From NCBI RefSeq assembly GCF_946531015.1, contig NZ_CAMNAL010000001.1: a stretch of DNA of 64,000 nt. One strand, given 5' to 3'. Below are positions 1 to 8,489 of the stretch, one piece after another. Every line of letters starts with the position of its first letter. Positions within the stretch are counted from its first letter, which is position 1. The notes below the pieces were generated by a model that did no database searches, was not told the DNA's origin, and was given only the letters and a program-made list of their open reading frames with translations. The position numbers and the translations under genes are program-made. The stretch comes from an uncultured Treponema sp. GTDB lineage: Bacteria; Spirochaetota; Spirochaetia; Treponematales; Treponemataceae.

Positions 1-1931
1 ATGTTCAGACGGACTTTGAAAGCTATAAATTCAACGCTTACCGCGACACAAGCATAAAGCCGGGAGATGACTTCTTCAACTATTCTCTCGGAAACTGGAT
101 TAATAAGTCTCCTAGTGCAACAGGCGTATGGAAAATCGAAAGCTATAATGACCAATCTCTTTACCCGGACAACACTTACACATTCACGGATTCAGACACT
201 GGCGATACAGGCGTAATGAACAATCAGGAGACCTTTGGTAATAAACTTGCGGCGCTTGTATGGAATAAATACAAAGAGTTAAAAGACGAGAATATAATAA
301 AAACACTGGATAAAAAATTTTCAGACGAAACAGACAAAAAGGCCGCACTCCAATTACATATAAGTGAGATTGGCAAGGCAAACACTGCCAAAGACATTTA
401 TGAGATAATCGCATCTGACATCACAGAAGGCTTTTCAACCCTGTTGCCTGAGATTTCGTGCAAAGAGCGAAAAACTCCTTTCATCAACCTTACAACAAAT
501 GAGGATTTAGATGGACTTCTGAATGATATCAGAAAAAACGAAATCAGCACATTCAGCCAGATACTTGAAAAAATGAAAATGACAGACTCGGCAGCAGAGA
601 TAAAAGGAATCCTTGGAATCACGGGGGACGAAGGTGCCCCTACGGAAGAAGATTTCGCAGCATCTTTTACAAAGGTCATAAACTCCCTCAATAATGCCGA
701 TTTAACTGCTCCTGTTGATAATATAACAAATAAAGTTGCCGACAAGCTGGGAATTGAGTCTGAGAGTTTCATTGCTGATGAAGGCTGCAACTTAAAAGCA
801 TTTACAGAACTTCTTGCCGATGACGATGGAATTGACACAGTCAAGAAATACCAGCAGTTCTCATATCTTCTTACAGCCTACTATTTTGTAAGTTCTAAAT
901 CTTCAGTGTACGACTTTCTTCCTGTCCGAATGATTATGCTGAAAGAATTTAGAGATAATTTTGACAAGGACGGAACGCAAAAAAAATCATTACTCGCAAT
1001 GTGCGAGGAATTCCGGGCAAAATTCATTGAGCGACTAAAAAACAACACATGGATGAGCGATTCATCAAAAAAAGCGGCAGAAGAAAAAGCCGAGGCGATG
1101 TTTTTTGCCATAGGCTACCCTGATGAATTTTCAGACGAAATTCTTTTCAAGGACAAAACTTCGACAAATGCAACGACTTTCCTTGCCGCATGCGGCGAGC
1201 TTTACAAAGAGGCAGTAAAACGCTATTTCAGTGCTGTTTCAGCCGAAACAGACCCGACTAAACGCTTTGAGTATATGCTTGCTATAGATATGGCGCCTTT
1301 AAAGGCGAACGCACTCTATGATCATACGGTAAACGGCTGTCTTATCCTTGCGACAAACCTCATTGATCCAATCTACAACACTGAATATGCCGATGCCTAC
1401 AACTATGCGACAATCGGAGCCACAACAATCGGACACGAAATGTGCCATGCATTCGATGCGTCCGGCTCAAAACACGACAAAAACGGCAAGAAAACGGACT
1501 GGTGGGCCATCTCTGACAAACTGCGTTTCGAAGAAAAGAAAAATCAGATGACAGAACTTTTCAACATGTTCACGACGCCAAGTTCATATACAAGCCTCAA
1601 CGGTGAAAAGACCCTCACGGAAAACATGGCCGACTTTGGCGGTCTTGTGACAGCCTACGACATTTTCATTGAAAAGAAAATTAATGAGGGATTCAGCGGC
1701 GACAGGCTTAATGAACAGCGGAAAATGTTCTTCCAGTCCTATGCGCTTGCATGGTCAGAAATTCCGAATGATGAAAATATGAAGACTCTGATTGAAGGCG
1801 ATGTGCATGCTCCGAATCCATACAGGACAAATGGTAATGTTTGTCAGATGGACGACTGGTACGATTTGTACGATGTCCAGAAAGGCGACAAATATTATCT
1901 GGAGCCGGGTCAGCGGATAATTCTTTGGTAA
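1..1931 (+). CDS. M13 (neprilysin/PepO-like) zinc metallopeptidase, 5' end outside the window
   Basis: HEMCH zinc motif, ENMADFGG, NALY, HAP. The frame is open from base 3 and encodes DTSIKPGDDFFNYSLGNW (M13 N-terminal motif), so the gene starts upstream of the track's 216 start. Confidence 0.9.
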   Translation, partial: VQTDFESYKFNAYRDTSIKPGDDFFNYSLGNWINKSPSATGVWKIESYNDQSLYPDNTYTFTDSDTGDTGVMNNQETFGNKLAALVWNKYKELKDENIIKTLDKKFSDETDKKAALQLHISEIGKANTAKDIYEIIASDITEGFSTLLPEISCKERKTPFINLTTNEDLDGLLNDIRKNEISTFSQILEKMKMTDSAAEIKGILGITGDEGAPTEEDFAASFTKVINSLNNADLTAPVDNITNKVADKLGIESESFIADEGCNLKAFTELLADDDGIDTVKKYQQFSYLLTAYYFVSSKSSVYDFLPVRMIMLKEFRDNFDKDGTQKKSLLAMCEEFRAKFIERLKNNTWMSDSSKKAAEEKAEAMFFAIGYPDEFSDEILFKDKTSTNATTFLAACGELYKEAVKRYFSAVSAETDPTKRFEYMLAIDMAPLKANALYDHTVNGCLILATNLIDPIYNTEYADAYNYATIGATTIGHEMCHAFDASGSKHDKNGKKTDWWAISDKLRFEEKKNQMTELFNMFTTPSSYTSLNGEKTLTENMADFGGLVTAYDIFIEKKINEGFSGDRLNEQRKMFFQSYALAWSEIPNDENMKTLIEGDVHAPNPYRTNGNVCQMDDWYDLYDVQKGDKYYLEPGQRIILW

Positions 1932-1945
1932 CTTAAATCAGTCAG

Positions 1946-1994
1946 GAAAGCCGAAGCCTGCATTGAAGTGCGCTTCACAGTGCTCACGGCTTTT
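1946..1994. terminator. Possible bidirectional hairpin between convergent genes
   Basis: GAAAGCCG...CGGCTTTTC arms between the stops at 1931 and 2005. Confidence 0.4.
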
Positions 1995-2004
1995 CTGACT
2001 ACAG

Positions 2005-3375
2005 CTATTTTTCCATCTTCTTAAAATCCCTGTTCATATAAAGGAACATAGCGATTGCAAGAAGGATTGAAACATAGTCTGCGATTGGCTGGGCATAGAC
2101 CAGACCTTTCAGCCCGAAAATCATATTCAGAATGATAGTAGCAGGGAAGAAAATGAATCCCTGACGGCTGACGGCAAGGGCGAGAGACTGTTTTGCCTTG
2201 CCCATAGCCTGAAATGAAAAATTAAGGACGAACTGGATTCCGAGGACAGGCGTTGACATCATAAGTGCCCGCAGCATAATCACGCCCATTTCGATTACTT
2301 CCTCATCGTTGATAAAGATACGGATGATTTCCCGCGAGAAAATAAAATAAATTATCGTAATCAAAAAGCCTGCGATTAAATTACAGAGCAGGGCAAATTT
2401 CATGGCGTCTTTCATGCGGCGAAAATTGCTCGCGCCAAAATTGTATCCGACCAGAGGCTGAATTCCCATGGCGATACCCAGCTGGACGAAAACCACGAGC
2501 ATATTCGCTTTCATGGCGACCCCCATTCCCGCAACAGGAATGTCACCATAAGATACGAGATACTTGTTCATTAAAATGTTGCTCATGCTCATAAGGATAT
2601 TCGTAAGGGAAGCCGGAAGACCAATCAAAAAAACGCCTTTCAGGATGCCGTCGCGAATCGCAAAATATTGCGGGCTGAGAGTCAGGACAGAATTAGCCTT
2701 TTTTGAGCAGATGTGAAAAAAGAAAAAAAGAATTGAAACTATATTTCCGATGACTGTAGCGATTGCCGCACCTGCAACCCCCAGTCCCAGGCAGGGAATT
2801 CCAAAAAAAGAATCAAGAATGAATACCGGATCAAGGATGATATTTGCTATCGTTCCCGCCATCATGCCGTGCATGGAGCTTTGAGCCGCCCCTTCTCCGC
2901 GAAGAAGGTTTGTGAAAGCCGTCGAGACGACAATTGCAGGGCCGCCGCAGGCAATCCATGAAAGATAGGATTTTGCAAAATCAAAGGTGTTGGGACTGGT
3001 TCCGACAGCCTCAAGAATCTGGCGCATGAACGTGAACATAAGAACGGCACCAATGAGGCCCGTAAAGATTCCTGCGTAAAGACAGAATGAACTGATATTT
3101 TTCGCCTTATCGTAGTGTTTTTCGCCAAGAGCACGGCTTAAAAAAGAAGAGCCGCCGATACCGAAAATATTTCCAGCCGCCATGAAAAACAAAAAGACCG
3201 GAGTTGCAACGCTTACGGCCGCCATCTGATTGGCATCTCCTGTTTGGCCTACAAAAAAAGTGTCTACCATGTTGTAGAAAACGGCCACAATCATACTCAA
3301 GACAGTGGGAAGGGCGAGCTTAAAAACAGCCTTTGGGATTGAATCCTTTTCAAAAACATCAATATTCTTCAGCAT
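2005..3375 (-). CDS. MATE family efflux transporter
   Basis: About 12 TM segments; LALP..LSM...YNMVDTFFVGQ, NIILDP, GVAGAAIAT, QPLVGYNFGA. Confidence 0.93.
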   Translation of the reverse strand: MLKNIDVFEKDSIPKAVFKLALPTVLSMIVAVFYNMVDTFFVGQTGDANQMAAVSVATPVFLFFMAAGNIFGIGGSSFLSRALGEKHYDKAKNISSFCLYAGIFTGLIGAVLMFTFMRQILEAVGTSPNTFDFAKSYLSWIACGGPAIVVSTAFTNLLRGEGAAQSSMHGMMAGTIANIILDPVFILDSFFGIPCLGLGVAGAAIATVIGNIVSILFFFFHICSKKANSVLTLSPQYFAIRDGILKGVFLIGLPASLTNILMSMSNILMNKYLVSYGDIPVAGMGVAMKANMLVVFVQLGIAMGIQPLVGYNFGASNFRRMKDAMKFALLCNLIAGFLITIIYFIFSREIIRIFINDEEVIEMGVIMLRALMMSTPVLGIQFVLNFSFQAMGKAKQSLALAVSRQGFIFFPATIILNMIFGLKGLVYAQPIADYVSILLAIAMFLYMNRDFKKMEK

Positions 3376-3448
3376 GAGTCAAATTTAGCAGAAAAAAACA
3401 TTAAATGTCAACAAATGTCAAAAAAAAGACAATTCAGCTAACAAATTA

Positions 3449-4810
3449 TTATTTTTTTTCAAAGAAGAGAATCGTAGGACTTGCGCTGCGGGCTGTTACA
3501 ACCCCTTCTTTTACAGGAGCTTTTGAAGCGTCTTCCAGTCTCAGTCCAGTGTCGGTGAGTTTGTAGAGGAAATTAACGCCATCTTCCATTCCAGTGAAAT
3601 GCATGGTGAGTACGCCGTCATAAGAAGATTTAAGGGAGTTGGCGATAAAATAATCCAGGGTAACTGTTACGCTTCCCAAAGCCTTGTTTGAGATAATGTT
3701 AGGCTGCAAGAGCTTGTAATTGCTCCATGTTACGCTGCTTTCGTTGTTGAATTTTATCGTTCCGTAGTTCGAGCTTTTAAAGACAGGACCGGCCTTCGCA
3801 ATCCTTTTTAGCTCTGTCTGACGACGGGTAAACTCATTTTCCAGCACCTGCTCAATATTTTCTGAAAGTGCTACCAAAGTTTCCTGTCGGCTTCTGCCTT
3901 TTTCCATGAACTGAAGTATCATGGTGTCTGAACCAGCTCCCCGAATTGACATTTTGAGATTTGCACCCTTGAATTCGTATTCCTTTTCGGCCTTTTTTAC
4001 GATGTCGGTGTAAGCCCATGAGCCGCCGGCATTTTCAGTGTTAAGGACAGCCGTTCCAGCAAAAGCAGAGTCAGCATTTTCTTCAATGTTGATTCCAAAT
4101 GAGAAGCCCAGGCTTGGATTCATGCGGTTGAGATCGATGCGGCCAACTTTTATCATGTTTGCAAAAGACTCAGGATACCACTTTTTGGCAATCAAAGCCC
4201 TAATAATAGAAGAATCCCGCTTGTTTTCGGTCTTTGAGTCTTCTTTTTTGACTGATGCAAGCTCATCAGCCCCGCTCACGTCAAATGAATCGGACTGGAA
4301 AAGAGCGAGATTGTGAGAGAAGCACCAGCCGTAAGTTCCGGTTTCCGTAAGAACACGAAGCCATTCACCGCTCATGTTTCCTTTTCCATTGGTGACGGCG
4401 GCTCCTGAACCACGGTATAGACAGCGGATAATTTCTCCCTCACGAAGACGATAGACCTGCTTTGAAGTATTTACGGCTTCGGCTCGTATTGGAAGGCCAT
4501 CGAGTTTTACGCGGGCATAAGTGTGCTCAAATTCAGAAAACCTTTTCTGCTGACGAAGTGCACGGGATTTGCTTTCGGGTTCCGTTGCCTGCCAAAGAGG
4601 AATTTCAAAATTTTCCTTGCTTCCAGGAAGGGAAACTACATATACCTGAGAAATATTTGACTTAATATGAACTTTCAAAAGAGCACCGTCCAAAACCTCA
4701 TGCTCAGAATTGCTCCACAAAAGCACGCTGTAACCAAGGTTTTTGCCACAAGAAGTGAAAAGAAGAAACAAAATAGAAAATAAAAAGAAGACTGAAATTT
4801 TCTTTGACAT
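3449..4810 (-). CDS. SH3-domain lipoprotein (spirochete type)
   Basis: MSKK start with signal and lipobox LFTSC; SH3b-like segment GLPIRAE...WLRVLTETGTYGW. The track's 4867 start runs up to the MITE boundary. Confidence 0.7.
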   Translation of the reverse strand: MSKKISVFFLFSILFLLFTSCGKNLGYSVLLWSNSEHEVLDGALLKVHIKSNISQVYVVSLPGSKENFEIPLWQATEPESKSRALRQQKRFSEFEHTYARVKLDGLPIRAEAVNTSKQVYRLREGEIIRCLYRGSGAAVTNGKGNMSGEWLRVLTETGTYGWCFSHNLALFQSDSFDVSGADELASVKKEDSKTENKRDSSIIRALIAKKWYPESFANMIKVGRIDLNRMNPSLGFSFGINIEENADSAFAGTAVLNTENAGGSWAYTDIVKKAEKEYEFKGANLKMSIRGAGSDTMILQFMEKGRSRQETLVALSENIEQVLENEFTRRQTELKRIAKAGPVFKSSNYGTIKFNNESSVTWSNYKLLQPNIISNKALGSVTVTLDYFIANSLKSSYDGVLTMHFTGMEDGVNFLYKLTDTGLRLEDASKAPVKEGVVTARSASPTILFFEKK

Positions 4811-4867
4811 GATGCAATTATTATATAGAAAATTTCTCACAGAGTACACAGAGGGCAAGGATGGCAC

Positions 4868-5083
4868 CAGGGTCTCCGCATTATAAACCGTACTGTCTAA
4901 AAAATGGCTCCCAGTCGTAAAAACGACTTATCGGGACGCTCATCTAGCCTGCTACATGCGTTTTGTGCTTGTAATTATATACATTTGCCGCTTCCGCGGC
5001 AGCACAAAAGCGAACCTTCCCGTAAGCCGTTTTACTCCCTCGCGCCATTTTTCCTGCAAATGCATTATAATGCGGAGCCCCTG
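4868..5083. mobile_element. MITE copy 1 (about 216 bp), ISAs1-like CAGGG ends
   Basis: 18-bp TIR CAGGGTCTCCGCATTATA / TATAATGCGGAGCCCCTG, nested internal inverted repeats, near-identical to 13106-13319. Confidence 0.85.
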
Positions 5084-5104
5084 GGAGGACAAAGGATTCG
5101 CCCG

Positions 5105-5167
5105 TTTTCAGTTTTCCGTTTTCAACTTTCAGTTTTCATCTTTCATCTTTCAGTTTTCCATTTTCAC
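5105..5167 (+). repeat. Degenerate heptamer tandem repeat (YTTTCMN) x9
   Basis: ttttcag ttttccg ttttcaa ctttcag ttttcat ctttcat ctttcag ttttcca ttttcac. Confidence 0.85.
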
Positions 5168-5198
5168 TTTTCTTTTTTTTCACTATAATCTTCTCACT

Positions 5199-7256
5199 AT
5201 GGCTGGATTTTATGATTTTTATGATGTAGCTGTCGTTGGCGGTGGACATGCCGGAATCGAGGCTGCCCTTGCATCAGCACGAATGGGACTCAAAACCCTT
5301 CTTATTACTCAGACAATTGACTCAATCGCACGAATGAGCTGCAACCCTTCAATAGGCGGTATCGCAAAGGGAAACATCGTCCGGGAAATTGACGCTCTTG
5401 GCGGCGAAATGGGTAAGCTCATCGACAAATCTATGATTCAGTTCAGGATGCTCAACAAAAGCCGTGGTCCTGCGGTTCAGGCTCCACGAAGTCAGGCAGA
5501 CAAGCTCCTTTATTCAAGCCTTGCCCGACAGACAGTCGAGACAACGCCAAACCTTTACACATTAATGGACACTGTCGTTGATTTGCTCACAACCGAAAGC
5601 GACACTCCCCTTCCCCCGGCAGAAAGCTCCCAGTCAGGCCAGATTCCGGGCGAATTCACAGAAAAAGACATTCTTTCAGAAGCCGCAAAATCCGGCAAAA
5701 GGCAGAAACTCACGGCTCTCGTCACTGAGCGGGGAAGATTGATTCCAGTCCGCTCGGTCGTCCTTACGACAGGCACTTTTTTAGGAGGCCGAATCTTTAT
5801 CGGCGAATATGACGCTCCCTGCGGCCGCATTGGAGAGCAGGCGGCTTTCGGGCTCACACAGAGCCTAAACCGCCTGGGCTTTACGACAGGCCGCCTGAAG
5901 ACAGGCACCCCCCCGCGAATCCTGCGTCACACAATCGATTTCTCTCAGCTTGAGATTCAGGCCGGAGACGAGACAATCGTTCCTTTCTCATTTGAAAACG
6001 AAAGCGTTGACCGCCCACAGGTTCCCTGCCACCTGGTTTACACCAACGCAAAGACCCATGAAATTATCCGGGAAAACATCGGCCGCTCGCCCCTGTATTC
6101 TGGCAAAATCCACGGAATCGGTCCCCGCTACTGCCCTTCAATCGAAGACAAGGTAATGCGATTCGCAGAAAGGGAGAGGCACCAGCTTTTCGTGGAGCCA
6201 GAAAGCCTTGCCACGGACGAAATTTACCTCAACGGTCTTTCTTCGAGCCTGCCTGAAGAAGTTCAGGATTCTTTCCTGCGTACCCTTCCGGGCTTTGAGA
6301 ACTGCCATGTTGCCCGCCCGGGTTACGCCGTAGAATATGATTATGTTGAGCCGACCCAGCTTTTCCCATCTCTTGAGACAAAAAGGGTGGCGGGACTTTT
6401 TAACGCCGGTCAGATTAACGGAACCTCTGGCTACGAGGAAGCGGCAGGACAGGGCCTGGTCGCCGGAATCAACGCCGCCCTTTATGCCCGTGCTCATAAG
6501 GAGCTTTGCGGGGACTTGTGCCCCTCTCACTCTGGAATGGGACAGGTTCCGGCCAGTGCCGAACCAAAAGCCTTCGTCTTCAAATCACACTTTACCCTCG
6601 AAGAAATCAGGCATTTTGCAGAAATTTCCGAAAAAGAAACTCACGCTGTGAACACTCTTCTTGAAAATTTCCAGAAAGAACAGGGAAAGGAAAATTTTCA
6701 CACAATTCCGGACTGGGAACCCCTTATTTTGGGCCGGGACGAAGCCTACATCGGCGTTCTGATTGATGACCTTGTAACTTTGGGAACAAAAGAGCCTTAC
6801 CGCATGTTCACGGCCAGGGCAGAATACCGCTTAAAACTGCGCCACGACACGGCCGACCGCCGCCTTTCCGAAAAGGCATTCAAGGTCGGAATTAAAAGCG
6901 AGGCTCAGTTTAATGCGACAAAACTCAAATACCAGCAGGTTGAGGAAGCCACGGAACTTTTGCTAAAAGATGCCAAAGCCGAAAATCCTGGATTCAGCCC
7001 AATCGTTTGGGAAATTGCCCGGGAAGACGCAAAATACAAGTACTACATCGAAAAGCAGGATGCAAGGGTGGCCAAAATGCACAAAATGGAGCATTTCCAT
7101 ATCCCGGCCGATTTCGACTACTCAAAAATCCCGGCCCTCTCAGGTGAAAGCCGGCAGAAGCTTGAGGCCGTCCGCCCGCTCACTCTGGGGCAGGCAAGCC
7201 GAATTTCAGGAATCCGCAATTCGGATATAATGTTATTGATGGTGTACTTGAAATAA
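5199..7256 (+). CDS. mnmG: tRNA uridine 5-carboxymethylaminomethyl modification enzyme MnmG/GidA
   Basis: VVGGGHAGIEAA, MSCNPSIGG, GPRYCPSIEDK, GQINGTSGYEEAA, EPYRMFT. Start moved to MAGFYD. Confidence 0.97.
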   Translation: MAGFYDFYDVAVVGGGHAGIEAALASARMGLKTLLITQTIDSIARMSCNPSIGGIAKGNIVREIDALGGEMGKLIDKSMIQFRMLNKSRGPAVQAPRSQADKLLYSSLARQTVETTPNLYTLMDTVVDLLTTESDTPLPPAESSQSGQIPGEFTEKDILSEAAKSGKRQKLTALVTERGRLIPVRSVVLTTGTFLGGRIFIGEYDAPCGRIGEQAAFGLTQSLNRLGFTTGRLKTGTPPRILRHTIDFSQLEIQAGDETIVPFSFENESVDRPQVPCHLVYTNAKTHEIIRENIGRSPLYSGKIHGIGPRYCPSIEDKVMRFAERERHQLFVEPESLATDEIYLNGLSSSLPEEVQDSFLRTLPGFENCHVARPGYAVEYDYVEPTQLFPSLETKRVAGLFNAGQINGTSGYEEAAGQGLVAGINAALYARAHKELCGDLCPSHSGMGQVPASAEPKAFVFKSHFTLEEIRHFAEISEKETHAVNTLLENFQKEQGKENFHTIPDWEPLILGRDEAYIGVLIDDLVTLGTKEPYRMFTARAEYRLKLRHDTADRRLSEKAFKVGIKSEAQFNATKLKYQQVEEATELLLKDAKAENPGFSPIVWEIAREDAKYKYYIEKQDARVAKMHKMEHFHIPADFDYSKIPALSGESRQKLEAVRPLTLGQASRISGIRNSDIMLLMVYLK

Positions 7257-7367
7257 AGCACCGCATGGAGGCGGTGTAAAAGCAAAGAGAGAAAATTCTG
7301 TTTGCCCTCAGGTGAACAGAATTTTCTCGTACGAATCAAAAAATCCACGGATGGATTTTTTGTTCGC
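7257..7367 (+). repeat. Three-hairpin repeat (family A) flanked by a 30-bp duplication of the mnmG 3' end
   Basis: 7227-7256 matches 7368-7397 at 29/30; element homologous to 46802-47110 (- strand) and 51606-51700. Confidence 0.85.
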
Positions 7368-7399
7368 ATAATGTTATTGATGGTGTACTTGAAGTAAGC

Positions 7400-7542
7400 T
7401 GTGGGGTACGGGGTCAAAGCCACTGTAGAAGGGGGTGTGGCGCTACGCTGGCGTGCGATGCGCGGTTCAGGCTCAGCCTTCACCGAGACTCGCCTAGAAA
7501 CTCACCTCGTGAGTTTCTTCGCCTTCGGCGACCGGCTCCCTA
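7400..7542. repeat. GC-rich palindromic repeat (family B, REP-like)
   Basis: 7463-7493 matches the reverse complement of about 45725-45755 inside recG at 29/31, with a compensatory hairpin following. Confidence 0.75.
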
Positions 7543-8487
7543 TATTTTTAAAATCGTCCCTATTTCTTCCACGCTGAAGACGCCCTCGTTACAGAGGTCA
7601 GAGGCAAACTCGGAGATTGACTTGCCCAGATGCAGGGTGTCCTCGGTGCAAAGTTTCAGCGGGATTCCATTTTCTGCAAAATCACGGATGACCAGATTCT
7701 TTTCTCTGTCCTTGTTGCCCGAAAGTCCTGGTGCCGGGCTGAATTCAACTTTTATTCCTGTATTTTTTCCGAATGCGACGATTTCAGGAGAGAGCTTTGA
7801 GTTTTTGATTATTCCAAGGCTCTCGTTATTGACCGCCATATTCGGGTTTAAAAGCAGGGTCGGCTTTAAGTTGTCGAGGATTTCAAAAATTTCCTCACGG
7901 GACTTTATAAAATGAAAGCCAAGGCAGCAAATTCTCGAATCGATGTTCATGCGGCGTGAAGTCCTGAACAGTGACAGGAATTTTTCGGGCATTTCGATAA
8001 ATTTTGTTCCGTAGAGCTCAATTCCGCCAAAAAGACCGCTTTCCAAAAGCATTTCAGCGAGCGGAAGATTGTTCTCATTACTGGTATCAATTCCCAAAAA
8101 GGGCCGGACTGTGATTTTGTCGGAATATTTTTCGCAAATCTTTTTTACAATATCAAGGAATTCAGTGGCATTCTTACACTTTGAAAGAAAATCAACATTG
8201 ACGGTGCCATTCAAAAGCTTTACATTATCAGAAATACTCTCTGAAATTGCATGACAAAACAAAAGAAGGATGTCATGGGCAGAAGAAATTCTTGTCTGCG
8301 TGTAAAGATTGAAGTCTTTTCGGATTGCCAGATCCTGCACGGAACCAGCCGGGCGGCTCTTTAGTTCGTCATAACCGGGAAGCAAAAATCCAGCCCACTG
8401 GGTGAAAGAATCATATTTCATGCCGGAAGAAAGGTGCTTGCAGGAGTCTATTTTTGGAATTTTAAGAAAATCAGAAATTGCGGCCAA
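7540..8487 (-). CDS. Degenerate adenosine-deaminase-like protein (probable pseudoenzyme)
   Basis: Colinear with the adjacent add (FLKIPKID, GGIELYG, VEFSP.., GIPLKLCTED) but lacks HxH, HAGE and DD; TTG start. Confidence 0.65.
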   Translation of the reverse strand: MAAISDFLKIPKIDSCKHLSSGMKYDSFTQWAGFLLPGYDELKSRPAGSVQDLAIRKDFNLYTQTRISSAHDILLLFCHAISESISDNVKLLNGTVNVDFLSKCKNATEFLDIVKKICEKYSDKITVRPFLGIDTSNENNLPLAEMLLESGLFGGIELYGTKFIEMPEKFLSLFRTSRRMNIDSRICCLGFHFIKSREEIFEILDNLKPTLLLNPNMAVNNESLGIIKNSKLSPEIVAFGKNTGIKVEFSPAPGLSGNKDREKNLVIRDFAENGIPLKLCTEDTLHLGKSISEFASDLCNEGVFSVEEIGTILKI

Positions 8488-8489
8488 GT

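Noticed and set aside
4956-5198. N-terminal extensions of mnmG, and likewise of DUF1015 (13296), recG (46843), pth (43240) and yefM (25291)
   Set aside because: The extensions translate MITE, repeat or promoter DNA; family homology begins at downstream ATGs.
7400-7540. tRNA or known ncRNA in the GC-rich spacer
   Set aside because: No cloverleaf, T-loop or CCA; better explained as a repeat also present inside recG.
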